NCBI GenBank assembly: GCA_964447075.1
Contig: CAYUQY010000002.1
Coordinates: forward strand, 11,317-75,316
Direction: 5' to 3'
Length of the DNA stretch: 64,000 nucleotides
From: an uncultured Pseudomonadales bacterium
Lineage (GTDB): Bacteria > Patescibacteriota > Microgenomatia > UBA1400 > PJMF01
Below the pieces are notes generated by a model, which saw only the letters and a list, made by a program, of their open reading frames with translations, did no database searches and was not told the DNA's origin. A program made the translations under genes and the position numbers. This document shows positions 17,253-27,258 of this stretch, in pieces (position 1 is the first letter of the stretch; every line of letters begins with the position of its first letter).

Positions 17253-19433
17253 TCACTCCCTCTTGCGTCCAAACTGTTCGCGAGAGACACGCAGAACTTT
17301 TTCGCGATTCTGGTTACGTGATGAGGCGAGAGGCAAGGTCAGAGCAGGGAAGGGGCGACTGACTTGGCCATCGATCATCAACTTTAAGATCACTTGATAG
17401 CGCGCAAGTGAGACGAGATCTTCTTGAGTATAACGATCACCAAATTCTTGCATCATCCAGCTGGCATCCTGTGCCCCAAGAATGAAGCTGGCCATCGTAC
17501 CCGCATTGCCGAAGATAGCGGCCTTGACGTCATCACTGATCTGACCCATGTACTGGTTGGCTAAGGTTAAGTTCAGACGATACTTTCGTGCTTCAGAAAG
17601 TATCTTTATAAAACTAGTCGTAGCAAAGTTCTGAAACTCATCTATATACAGGAAAAAATCTCGTCGATCGGCCTCGTTGGTGTAGACACGATTCATGGCT
17701 GCCAGCTGAATCTTGGTAATAACCATAGATCCCAGCAGGGCTGCATTATCTTCACCCAGTTTTCCCTGAGATGCATTGACTAGTAAAATTTTTCCTTCAT
17801 TCATGACTTTTTCGATGTCAAATGAGCTGGTAGTAGTGTTGACCACATTGCGAATGAGAGGGGATGTTACAAACTGACCTACCTTATTAAGTATTGGTGA
17901 GATCGACTCGCTGCGTAGGCGATTCTCCATCATGTTGAACTCCATGGTCCAAAAGTTTTTGAGAACTTGGTCGGGTGTTTTCTCGACCATCTGCGCTCGG
18001 AACTTCTCATCTGTCAGAATGCGCAAAATATCTTCCAACTTAGCATTTGTAGAAAGTAGGGTCAGAAGCGAGTTGCGCAGAATATACTCGAGCCTTGGCC
18101 CCCAACTATTGGCATACATCTTCTGAAACATAGCTACTATGCCAGAAGCGATAAGCTCTCGATGCACCACACTACCTCCCTCAAAAAGATTCAGCTTGAC
18201 CACACTGTGTGTGTCAGCAGGGTCAAAGACTACGACATCATTAATACGATGTTTTGGAATGTAGTCCAGAATCGTCTCGATTAGGTCACCATGAGGGTCT
18301 ACCACAGCCAAGCCTTCGTCGTGCTTTAGGTCATTAATAATCATGTTGGCAAGTAGGGTAGACTTGCCAGTACCACTTTTACCTATGACATACATGTGAC
18401 GACGACGATCTACTTTTTTTAAGCCAAAGATTTGTTCTTGATTTTTAAACTCAGCCCGAAAGGTAAGATTGATATCTGCCAACTCAGCTTCTGGAGTCAA
18501 AGTGTAGGTTGGTAAGTTCTCCGGAGGCTCTCCCAACAAATTCTTTCCCCAAGCAATATTTTTGATGTTCGATAGAACTTTATTAGGCAAGTGAAATATA
18601 GTCGCAAGCTCATCTGGCGAGAAGAACTGCTTATGCAAGTTAGAAAATCCTGCTCTCTCTATCAAGTGCCTAGTGGCACGCTCTTTGAAAAAAAGTGGTT
18701 TGGCCAGAGTAAGGCTATTAAACTCAGACTGTAAGGCCGTAAAACTTGATGCCAAAGTATGCAAAATCTGATCGGCTCTAGACTGAGAATGCGACATGAC
18801 CAAGAGACGAACAACAGTCTCAAAGCCCATATCCGCCATTTTACGTGAGACCACTTTATTATTCAGTTGCGCTGAGAGCTGTTCCAAAGCCTGTGATGAT
18901 TCTGGCGCAAGACTCGCACTGCCATGCTTCCAGTGATCGCGACTTTTGCGAATCACGAGCTGAATGACGGCTTCGTCACCCTCCTGCAGCTTGGCCATAC
19001 TGGACAGAACTGCCGAAAAGAGATCCAGCTCGCCACTCTCACGAAAAGTCTTAAGCGGAAACTGACTTGGTCTGGCAAGTCTTAACTGTCCCACAGCCTT
19101 AGGGAGTGGGTGATAGAAATCTTGGAGTGGGTTGTGAGCAAGAGGTCTTATCAATACTTCAGGGTAAGCAGCAATGAGCTGACTAGCTACGTACTCACTT
19201 AAAACAGTGGGAGTGGTCAGCAAAAAATAAAGAGTCTGACCTTGATTCAAAATTTCTAAGTGAAACTCTGGAGCTTGGTGAAAGAACTTCCACCACTCAT
19301 GAGGCGGATTGGGGAGGGAACTCAAGATCTGAGCCATAGCCTCAGGACCCTGCTCGCACTCGCGAGGCGTACGCAGCTCGAGAGTCGTCACCGACTGAAA
19401 AAGATCCTCATTTGTTGGAACAGAAACTGGCAC
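17253..19433 (-). CDS. FtsK/HerA/TraG-superfamily P-loop ATPase (TraD/VirD4 coupling-protein-like), no N-terminal TM anchor
   Basis: Walker A VIGKSGTGKST, DPHGDL, Walker B FLYIDEFQNF and the C-terminal EARKYRLNLTLANQYMGQI (the RKYG...Q motif of TraG/VirD4/HerA ATPases) are present. The ~330-aa N-terminal region has no similarity I recognise. It uses a GTG start. Confidence 0.5.
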   Translation of the reverse strand: MPVSVPTNEDLFQSVTTLELRTPRECEQGPEAMAQILSSLPNPPHEWWKFFHQAPEFHLEILNQGQTLYFLLTTPTVLSEYVASQLIAAYPEVLIRPLAHNPLQDFYHPLPKAVGQLRLARPSQFPLKTFRESGELDLFSAVLSSMAKLQEGDEAVIQLVIRKSRDHWKHGSASLAPESSQALEQLSAQLNNKVVSRKMADMGFETVVRLLVMSHSQSRADQILHTLASSFTALQSEFNSLTLAKPLFFKERATRHLIERAGFSNLHKQFFSPDELATIFHLPNKVLSNIKNIAWGKNLLGEPPENLPTYTLTPEAELADINLTFRAEFKNQEQIFGLKKVDRRRHMYVIGKSGTGKSTLLANMIINDLKHDEGLAVVDPHGDLIETILDYIPKHRINDVVVFDPADTHSVVKLNLFEGGSVVHRELIASGIVAMFQKMYANSWGPRLEYILRNSLLTLLSTNAKLEDILRILTDEKFRAQMVEKTPDQVLKNFWTMEFNMMENRLRSESISPILNKVGQFVTSPLIRNVVNTTTSSFDIEKVMNEGKILLVNASQGKLGEDNAALLGSMVITKIQLAAMNRVYTNEADRRDFFLYIDEFQNFATTSFIKILSEARKYRLNLTLANQYMGQISDDVKAAIFGNAGTMASFILGAQDASWMMQEFGDRYTQEDLVSLARYQVILKLMIDGQVSRPFPALTLPLASSRNQNREKVLRVSREQFGRKRE

Positions 19434-19624
19434 AAACTCAGTATATCAAGATAACTTGATCAGAGGCAATTGGAGAACGATGAAATATCGGTTGGTTAAA
19501 AAAGCAGGCACACTCAGTTTTGCCTTGAAAATATTTACCATGAAGAAGTGTCTCGCAACTTAAAGATATCACATGATATCATTCACATAGTTTAGTGATC
19601 AGTAGAAATATTTAGGAGTTGGTA

Positions 19625-20476
19625 ATGCCTAGTACTCAAACAGCAGAATTAGTTCAACACATAGTTAGTGAAGCTAAGATCCACGATCCAAATATCGTGG
19701 CAGCAATTGAGCTTTACGATGCTACCACTCTTGGACTGCTTTATCATTTTGCAACATCTGGTCAGAGATATAGTGAGGCAGAGCTTAAGGGAATTCTTGA
19801 TGTTTTTAAAGCAATACCTCACTTGGGTCCACTCTCTTTAATTGAAATGTTGAGACGCAGGATTGCTGATTATGGATCTGAGGCGGCCATTGAGTCTGAG
19901 TCTGTTGCTCTTGAGGCGATTAGCAGAGAAGGATTTAGGTCAGCACCAGAATGTTTTAATATCAAAGCAATCATGGATAAAATTCCATTAGGTGACATAC
20001 CCAACAATGCGTATGTGGCGTCTGAATTTAGAACTTTGATGCATGAAACTGGTTTTAGAATTTTAGGAGTTGCTGAAGAAGTGATTCCATCGACAGGCAA
20101 TACACACACTTTTGTTTTGTATGAACATCATCAAATACTGCCTGATCCATCAGCTATTGGAGATAAGTTTGCAGATACTTGTACTTGGGTTAATCCAACA
20201 GAAACATTTGAAACCGAAGGTGCATTTTCTCTTCCAAAAATATACGGTAGGGCATATCTTTTTAGAAATAGATGGAAACCAGCTCATACTGGCTACGGTA
20301 GCAATGGAGATTTATTTATGACACTCTTAGACCCCAGATGGAGTGGAACCTATTCGCTAACTCAACATCTCATCTGCATAAATTTCTCCCAGATACAAGT
20401 AGCTCTCACTAATGGGAAAATTCCCCAAGAGTTCGAAAATCTATTTCTGACAGGTCAAAAGAATCCCCAGCAGTAA
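19625..20476 (+). CDS. Hypothetical protein
   Basis: An ATG at 19625 is preceded by AGGAG, whereas the ORF track uses a TTG at 19619. No recognisable motifs. The gene is divergent from the ATPase gene. Confidence 0.4.
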   Translation: MPSTQTAELVQHIVSEAKIHDPNIVAAIELYDATTLGLLYHFATSGQRYSEAELKGILDVFKAIPHLGPLSLIEMLRRRIADYGSEAAIESESVALEAISREGFRSAPECFNIKAIMDKIPLGDIPNNAYVASEFRTLMHETGFRILGVAEEVIPSTGNTHTFVLYEHHQILPDPSAIGDKFADTCTWVNPTETFETEGAFSLPKIYGRAYLFRNRWKPAHTGYGSNGDLFMTLLDPRWSGTYSLTQHLICINFSQIQVALTNGKIPQEFENLFLTGQKNPQQ

Positions 20477-20584
20477 TACTTAAAGAACTTACTACCATTC
20501 TCTCCCCACCACCCTGTCAACTCAGGAGAATTAAAGGTATAATCAACCTTCGCTTTTTCGCAGTGATAGGTCACAACTCCAGAT

Positions 20585-23500
20585 GTGAGCAGGCCTCAGC
20601 AGCTAAATATGTCCTCATCTCAGAATCAAAACAACCCCACATACATCGAGATCGTCGGCGCCAAGCAGCACAATCTCAAAAATGTCTCGTGCAAGATTCC
20701 GAAGAACCAATTGGTAGTGCTCACTGGAGTATCTGGTAGTGGCAAAAGTTCTCTGGCCTTCGATACTCTCTATGCTGAAGGTCAGCGCCGCTATGTCGAA
20801 AGTCTAAGTTCATACGCACGTCAGTTCCTAGGCGTCATGCCCAAACCAAACGTCGACTACATCTCCGGCCTTTCCCCAGCTATCTCGATCGATCAAAAAA
20901 CTACCTCACACAACCCTCGTTCCACGGTAGGAACCATCACTGAAATTTATGACTATCTCAGACTCCTCTTTGCAAGAGTTGGCCACCCCCACTGTCCCAA
21001 CTGTGGCTGCGAGATTGCCACTCAAAGTGTCGATCAAATTGTCAGCAGGATTTTGGAAAAGCTAGAAGCCAATCTCTCCAGCGCTCCAAGCAGATTCATG
21101 ATTCTCTCTCCTATCATCAGAGACCGAAAAGGAGAGTACTCCTCACTGTTTGAAAATTTAGAGAAAAAAGGCTACTCACGCGTAAGAATAGACAAAAAAA
21201 TGTTCGATCTAAGTGAAAGCTTGAGCTTGATCAAAACAAACAAGCACACTATCGAAGTCATCATCGATCGCCTCTCTATGACGGCAAATGAACACCGAGA
21301 CAAAGACTTCCTCAAGAGTTTTCGTTCCCGTCTCTCTCAATCCCTAGAAGAAGCGCTCAAACTAGCCGATGGATTTGTAACTATCTCACATGTCTTCGAT
21401 AAAACTCTGGAGTTTCCAAGTAAGCCAGAAGAGTTTGAAGACGAGCTTTTTAGCGAGAAGTTTGCTTGTAGTAAGTGCGGCTTATCTTTGCCAGAAATCG
21501 AACCCAGACTTTTCTCTTTCAACTCACCACACGGCGCCTGTCCTACCTGTACTGGCTTAGGCTCACTTCTCAAGATAGACATCGAGAAAATTACTGCCCC
21601 CACTCTCTCGCTAAGCGAAGGAGCTGTCACTCCATTCGCTCGCATGCTCTCAAGCGACACTTGGTGGAGTAGATTGATAAAAGTGGTAATTGAAACTGAA
21701 GGCTTTGATTTTCGCCGAACCGCCTACCAAGATTTACCAGAAAAGACTCAAAAACTACTGCTTTATGGAAGTCAAAAACTCTACAAAATTGAGGGGGAAA
21801 ATAGGTTTGGAAAGATGACCATGATCCAAGAAAAGTTTGAGGGTTTTGTTACCAATCTAGAAAGACGATATAGAGAAACGGACTCACCCTTCATACGCAC
21901 CGAGATAGAAGACTTTATGTTGAAACAAGTTTGTCCAGACTGCAAAGGTAGTAGGCTCAAAGACGAAGCGCTATTTGTCAACATCGACCAGCTTAACATC
22001 TCCCAAATTACTCGCATGCCTATCAATAAAGCCTTTAACTGGATCACTAGTTTGGGCTTACTAAACTCAAAAGAAAAACCAAAAATTTTATCCGAAAAAG
22101 AACTCCAAATAGCCGATACAATTCTCAAAGAAATAGCCACGCGTCTTCAGTTCATGTCAGCTGTCGGTCTAGATTATCTGACTCTAAGTCGCGAGGCTGG
22201 AACCCTTGCCGGAGGAGAAGCTCAGCGCATTCGTCTGGCTTCTCAGATAGGCACTGGTCTAACAGGAGTGCTCTACGTTCTGGATGAACCCACCATCGGC
22301 CTGCACCAAAGAGATAACTTTCAGCTAATAGCAACCCTTCAAAATCTTCGTGACAAAGGCAACAGCGTCATTGTCGTTGAGCACGATCGCGACGTCATGC
22401 TCTCAGCTGACTATATTTTTGACTTTGGACCTAAAGCTGGAAAAAATGGAGGTGAGATCGTAGCTCAGGGAACACCAGCTCAGTTGATGAGCGCCAAACA
22501 CTCTCTTACTGGCAAGTACTTATCAAAAAAGCTCAATATTCAAAGATCCTCAAACTTCACTGAATCAAGCAACTCAACTGAAAGAAAAATCATTCCTGCA
22601 GACGAAGTTCCTGATAGTTTGGAAACAAAAACCTCCATCAGGATCAGCGGGGCATCTCATCACAATCTAAAGATTGATGATGTCGAGTTCCCCTTACGCA
22701 CTCTTACCTGTATCACTGGAGTCTCTGGAAGTGGTAAGTCTACTCTGCTTCACGAAACCCTTTTTTATAATGTCCAGAAGCACTTAGGCTCTAAGCCTGA
22801 GAAATCTCCCGGAGCTGTGTCATCCATCTCGATTCCTGATGAAATCAAAAGAATTGCCCTAATCGACCAAAGTCCAATCGGCAAAACTCCACGATCTAAT
22901 CCAGCCACATACACCAAAGTTTTCGACCTAGTACGCACCCTTTTTTCCAACACTCGTGACTCTAAAGTGCGAGGCTACACAGCTGGAAGATTCAGCTTTA
23001 ATGTTAAGGGTGGTAGGTGTGAAGCCTGCCAAGGTGATGGTCAGATAAAAATCGAGATGCAGTTCTTGCCAGATGTCTATGTCACTTGCGACGTCTGTCG
23101 CGGCTCCAGATACAATGATGAAACCCTTGAAGTAAAGTATAAAGAAAAAAATATTGCCCAAGTTTTGGCGCTCAGCATAGATGAGGCTGTGGAGTACTTC
23201 GGCTCTCACTCTACACTTCGCTATAAGTTAAAAATGCTACAGGACGTTGGACTTGGTTACATCCAGCTTGGTCAGCCAGCACCCACCCTTTCTGGTGGTG
23301 AAGCTCAGAGAGTCAAGCTAGCGCGCGAGCTATCTATCCGCACTACCGATCACTGTGTCTATCTTCTAGATGAACCCACAACTGGGCTTCACTTTGATGA
23401 CATAGCCAAACTATTATTCATTTTAGATCGATTGGTAGCCCAAAACAACACTGTTATTCTGATAGAACATAATCTTGATATTATCAAAAATGCTGACTGG

Positions 23501-23623
23501 ATCATCGATCTAGGTCCGGAAGGTGGAGACGGTGGGGGAGAAGTAGTCGTATCAGGAACTCCCAAGCAGGTTGCGAACTGTAGCAGCTCCTACACTGGAC
23601 AGTATCTTGTGGGCGAAGTATAG
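20585..23623 (+). CDS. uvrA: Excinuclease ABC subunit A
   Basis: Two ABC modules (GVSGSGKSSLAFDTLYAEGQRRYVESLS and a second GVSGSGKSTL), Zn-finger CxxC pairs and both LSGGEAQR signature motifs are present, over 1012 aa. Confidence 0.95.
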   Translation: MSRPQQLNMSSSQNQNNPTYIEIVGAKQHNLKNVSCKIPKNQLVVLTGVSGSGKSSLAFDTLYAEGQRRYVESLSSYARQFLGVMPKPNVDYISGLSPAISIDQKTTSHNPRSTVGTITEIYDYLRLLFARVGHPHCPNCGCEIATQSVDQIVSRILEKLEANLSSAPSRFMILSPIIRDRKGEYSSLFENLEKKGYSRVRIDKKMFDLSESLSLIKTNKHTIEVIIDRLSMTANEHRDKDFLKSFRSRLSQSLEEALKLADGFVTISHVFDKTLEFPSKPEEFEDELFSEKFACSKCGLSLPEIEPRLFSFNSPHGACPTCTGLGSLLKIDIEKITAPTLSLSEGAVTPFARMLSSDTWWSRLIKVVIETEGFDFRRTAYQDLPEKTQKLLLYGSQKLYKIEGENRFGKMTMIQEKFEGFVTNLERRYRETDSPFIRTEIEDFMLKQVCPDCKGSRLKDEALFVNIDQLNISQITRMPINKAFNWITSLGLLNSKEKPKILSEKELQIADTILKEIATRLQFMSAVGLDYLTLSREAGTLAGGEAQRIRLASQIGTGLTGVLYVLDEPTIGLHQRDNFQLIATLQNLRDKGNSVIVVEHDRDVMLSADYIFDFGPKAGKNGGEIVAQGTPAQLMSAKHSLTGKYLSKKLNIQRSSNFTESSNSTERKIIPADEVPDSLETKTSIRISGASHHNLKIDDVEFPLRTLTCITGVSGSGKSTLLHETLFYNVQKHLGSKPEKSPGAVSSISIPDEIKRIALIDQSPIGKTPRSNPATYTKVFDLVRTLFSNTRDSKVRGYTAGRFSFNVKGGRCEACQGDGQIKIEMQFLPDVYVTCDVCRGSRYNDETLEVKYKEKNIAQVLALSIDEAVEYFGSHSTLRYKLKMLQDVGLGYIQLGQPAPTLSGGEAQRVKLARELSIRTTDHCVYLLDEPTTGLHFDDIAKLLFILDRLVAQNNTVILIEHNLDIIKNADWIIDLGPEGGDGGGEVVVSGTPKQVANCSSSYTGQYLVGEV

Positions 23624-23626
23624 AAC

Positions 23627-25579
23627 TTGAAGTATCAAAATATAGAACGGAAGCCAATAGTCTCTCAAGTGATGTCACACAATCGAAACACCAGCTTTTT
23701 TTGCAAAACTTTCATGCGCTTAAAATCCCTGTTGTTAAACAGTTGCTTAATTTTTCTGCTCAGTTTTATTTTTTTAGCCACTCCAGCATCGGCAGATGAA
23801 AACTTTAAGATTAGCTTGGTATCTACCTACAAAACAGCCGACAACGGTAAGCCCAGAGTAGTTCAAGAGTTCACGCTCACCAACAGAAAACCTGACGTCT
23901 ACGCAACAGAGTACTCACTAGAAACTAGCACTACCAACATCGCCAACATCTTCGTCTTAGATGGAAAAAAAGAACTCACACCAAAGATCGTCACTACCGA
24001 TGAAAAAACTAGCATTAGCTTCAACTTTCCAGATAATGTAGTTGGTGAGGGCAAAAGCAGAAAGTTCTCCATTAGTTTTGAGAGTCCAGACTCAGTCATC
24101 TCTACGGGCAGTGTGACTGAGTTCTACGTCCCTCGACTTGCCAACAGATCCAGCTTTGAAAATTATGTAGTTCAAATCGAGCTTCCCAAAGATCAAGGCT
24201 TACCTACTAGATCGTCACCAAAAAATTACGATCGTCAACAAAAAGGTTCATCAAATATATTTACTTATAGTGAGCTGGCCGATCAGGGAGTTGTGGCTAT
24301 TTTTGGCCAAGAACAGACGTATAACTTCAGCTTGCGCTACTTTCTCGAAAATCCCACCACCTCATCTGGCATCATGCAGATAGCTCTACCCCCAGACAAT
24401 CGAACCCAGAGAGTGGTCTATAACTCACTCGAGCCTCCAGCCAAGACTCTCGAGCGAGACGAAGATGGTAACTGGATCGCTACCTACAGTGTTAATTCTC
24501 AAAAAAGTTTAGAAGTTGTAGCAACTGGAACTGTAAATACCTACATCTCGCCACTAGATGGCGTTCCTGACTCACCACCACTCCCTCAACATACTTTGCC
24601 TGATACTTATTGGGAAAGTGACAACCCAAAAATAATCGAGTTGGCCCAAAAGTACCAAACACCAAAAGAGATTTATGACTATGTTACCAAAACACTTGAT
24701 TATGACTACTCAAAACTTTCGTCGCCTTCAAAGAGATTAGGAGCAGTAGCTATTTTGGACACTCCTCATCAAGCTATCTGCCAAGAATTTACTGACTTAT
24801 TTATCGCCATTGCTCGTTCTGCCAAAATTCCTGCCAGACGTGCTACTGGCTTTGCCTTCACCAACAACAGTCGTCTCAGACCCTTTAATTTAGATCAGGA
24901 GATACTGCATGCTTGGCCTGAGTACTACTCTACAGAAAAAAAAGCTTGGATTGCAGTTGATCCTACTTGGGGAAAAACAACTGATGGACTAGATTTCTTT
25001 GATGACTTTGACGTCAATCACATCGTCTTTGCTTACAATGGTGTCTCCAGCACACAGCCCTTTGGAGCAGGCTCGTACAAACCTAAAAATGACAAAACGC
25101 GCGATGTAGTCGTCAAAGTGAGTGATAAAGTTTCTTTACCAGAGCCGTCTATCGAGGTTAGCCTTCATCCAGATATTTTTTACTCTTTGCCTGTTGGCCA
25201 AAAATTTAGACTAGATCTGCTGAACAAGACTGGCAAAGCTGAGTACAATCTACCATTTTTAACCACTGCGCAGGATAGTGCCACATCTGAAAATATTAAA
25301 ACTTCAACTCTCTCCACTCTTGACTACTTATTGCCATTTCAAGAGCGATCTGTGTCACTAGCGCTTGAGCCTACGACTTGGTGGCAATCTGGCGTAAGTA
25401 AAATTGATCTCCAAGTAGGTATAATTAGCAACTCTTATGAACAAGCCTACGGTCCCATCCAACCTCGCTTCGTCATCCCCGCTACTCTGGGAGTCAGTCT
25501 GGCCACAGCTGCCATCATCTCCTGGGGTGTACTGGTTCGTCTCAGCCGCAAAAAAAGTGCTCTACGTTGGCAAAGCTAA
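23627..25579 (+). CDS. Secreted, membrane-anchored transglutaminase-like cysteine-protease-fold protein
   Basis: A signal peptide or TM (probable true start at the ATG near 23714, MRLKSLLL...) is followed by a transglutaminase-like core with Cys (AICQEF), His (HAWPEYY) and Asp (VDPTWG). A C-terminal TM plus KK anchor (ATLGVSLATAAIISWGVLVRLSRKKS) closes the protein. Confidence 0.65.
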   Translation: MKYQNIERKPIVSQVMSHNRNTSFFCKTFMRLKSLLLNSCLIFLLSFIFLATPASADENFKISLVSTYKTADNGKPRVVQEFTLTNRKPDVYATEYSLETSTTNIANIFVLDGKKELTPKIVTTDEKTSISFNFPDNVVGEGKSRKFSISFESPDSVISTGSVTEFYVPRLANRSSFENYVVQIELPKDQGLPTRSSPKNYDRQQKGSSNIFTYSELADQGVVAIFGQEQTYNFSLRYFLENPTTSSGIMQIALPPDNRTQRVVYNSLEPPAKTLERDEDGNWIATYSVNSQKSLEVVATGTVNTYISPLDGVPDSPPLPQHTLPDTYWESDNPKIIELAQKYQTPKEIYDYVTKTLDYDYSKLSSPSKRLGAVAILDTPHQAICQEFTDLFIAIARSAKIPARRATGFAFTNNSRLRPFNLDQEILHAWPEYYSTEKKAWIAVDPTWGKTTDGLDFFDDFDVNHIVFAYNGVSSTQPFGAGSYKPKNDKTRDVVVKVSDKVSLPEPSIEVSLHPDIFYSLPVGQKFRLDLLNKTGKAEYNLPFLTTAQDSATSENIKTSTLSTLDYLLPFQERSVSLALEPTTWWQSGVSKIDLQVGIISNSYEQAYGPIQPRFVIPATLGVSLATAAIISWGVLVRLSRKKSALRWQS

Positions 25580-26861
25580 AAATCTCAAAAATAGAATCAC
25601 TAACTATCATCAGTGGCAACAGACTAAAGGTAAAACACGCAAGCTTGTACTTGAAGCTCAGGACTTGAAGTTCAAAGAACTTGGGAGCGAGCTAGAAGCC
25701 CTTCTAGTGGAAGCTGAGTTAATTCGACTTCATCAACCACCCTTCAACATTCTGCTCAAAGATGATAAATCAAGTATTTATGTACAGATTACAAAAGAAG
25801 AGTTCCCTAGAGTTCTCACTCTTCGAAAAAAAGAATTATTGCGATTGCCTGCCCTAAAAGACTCATCTCTTGGGCCGTTCCAAAGCAGTTTTCAACTTAA
25901 ACAAGTCTTGGGAATTGTTCGAAAAATTTTTCCATGGTGCAACCAGAGATCAGTCCTTGGCAGGCCTTGTTTCTATCACCATCTTGAGCTCTGTCCAGGT
26001 GTCTGTGTAGGCCATATTTCCGCCTTAGACTACCAAAAAAACATAGTTGATCTAAGTCTTTTTTTGAGAGGTAAGAAAAAAAGTGTCGTCACATCTCTGA
26101 AGAAGGATCTGAGAGAAAAAGTCGAGTCTGAACAGTATGAGCATGCAGCCGTGATCAAAAAACGAATCGATTTAATTCAAAAAGTTACAGAAACTAAGTA
26201 CCGCTTGAGTCCAGATTTAGTTTTGCCTAAACTCCTGTCTAGCAAAGCGGATGAGACTGTAGTCCAGCTGCGCGGCATCCTTACAACTTACTTTGCCCTG
26301 CCTAAAACCTATCCTTTACAACGTATAGAGTGCTATGACGTGAGCAACATCTCAGGCACGAGTGCTGCTGTAGCTATGGTGGTGGCCATAGATGGTCAGA
26401 TAGACAAAAGTGAGTACCGCTTATTTAACATTAAAACAATCGACACACCTAATGACTACCATATGCTTCAGGAAGCTATCTTGCGTAGACAAAATCACAG
26501 CGAGTGGGGAGTGCCAGATCTCATTGTGATCGATGGTGGGAAGGGTCAACTACGCAGTACCTTATCGGTACTAAATTGGGATGTGCCTGTTGTTTCTTTA
26601 GCTAAAAAACCAGATAGGCTGATAATTCCAATCCTAACTACAGTCAAAATTAGGAAAAATCCGCCTGACTTAGTTCTAGAAGTCGATGGCCATAACTTGA
26701 CCAAATACAAATCACTTCAGTATGTTCAAGTTCCACTAGACTCAAACCAGCCAGCACACCAACTGCTTCAACAACTACGTGATGAGGCACATAGATTTTC
26801 GAAAAAACAACATCAACACTTGAGATTAAAGAGTATGTTCGTAGAAAACACGACTAAATAG
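25437..26861 (+). CDS. uvrC: Excinuclease ABC subunit C, short form lacking the C-terminal (HhH)2 domain
   Basis: The GIY-YIG domain (PGVYWF...VLYVGKAKNLKNRI), a UvrBC-like region and the RNase-H-like endonuclease motif (LRDEAHRF) are present. The protein ends about 20 aa after that motif, at 474 aa. The ATG start overlaps the upstream gene by 143 nt. Confidence 0.8.
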   Translation: MNKPTVPSNLASSSPLLWESVWPQLPSSPGVYWFVSAAKKVLYVGKAKNLKNRITNYHQWQQTKGKTRKLVLEAQDLKFKELGSELEALLVEAELIRLHQPPFNILLKDDKSSIYVQITKEEFPRVLTLRKKELLRLPALKDSSLGPFQSSFQLKQVLGIVRKIFPWCNQRSVLGRPCFYHHLELCPGVCVGHISALDYQKNIVDLSLFLRGKKKSVVTSLKKDLREKVESEQYEHAAVIKKRIDLIQKVTETKYRLSPDLVLPKLLSSKADETVVQLRGILTTYFALPKTYPLQRIECYDVSNISGTSAAVAMVVAIDGQIDKSEYRLFNIKTIDTPNDYHMLQEAILRRQNHSEWGVPDLIVIDGGKGQLRSTLSVLNWDVPVVSLAKKPDRLIIPILTTVKIRKNPPDLVLEVDGHNLTKYKSLQYVQVPLDSNQPAHQLLQQLRDEAHRFSKKQHQHLRLKSMFVENTTK

Positions 26862-26877
26862 GTGTAGGATGTGAAAC

Positions 26878-27234
26878 ATGATCAAAGCCTTTTTGTCCAC
26901 AATCATCTCTATTTTTCTGATAGCTTTCTTCGTGCCTTCTCTCTCATACTCCAACTGGACGGCATTGATAATAGCTAGCATAGTCCTGATGATCTTGATG
27001 GCAGTCGTCAAACCAATTCTCAAGCTGCTTTTTTTACCTATCAATCTCGTCACTCTAGGACTTTTTTCCTTTGTCATCAATGCTCTTATCCTCTGGCTCG
27101 TACAAGTGTTAGTCCCTGGATTTAACATTCGCCCCATGATTTTGGCCGGCGTCTATCTAAATGAGTTCTTCACCCTAGTTGTTCTAGCTGCAGGCATAAG
27201 CTTAGTCCAAAACGTACTTCACAAAATCCTCTAG
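26878..27234 (+). CDS. Small 4-TM membrane protein, YvlD/DUF360 (phage-holin-4_2-like) family
   Basis: The 118-aa product has four hydrophobic helices with a conserved P/G pattern, as in DUF360. Confidence 0.45.
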   Translation: MIKAFLSTIISIFLIAFFVPSLSYSNWTALIIASIVLMILMAVVKPILKLLFLPINLVTLGLFSFVINALILWLVQVLVPGFNIRPMILAGVYLNEFFTLVVLAAGISLVQNVLHKIL

Positions 27235-27258
27235 GCATTCTTAAGATATAATGTCACT

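Noticed and set aside
16948-17397. 149-aa plus-strand ORF spanning the tpiA 5' region
   Set aside because: It is antisense to tpiA and to the ATPase 3' end, with no support.
26878-27234. Holin-family-like small membrane gene as a sign of a prophage
   Set aside because: YvlD/DUF360 proteins are common chromosomal membrane proteins. There is no endolysin, capsid, terminase or integrase nearby.
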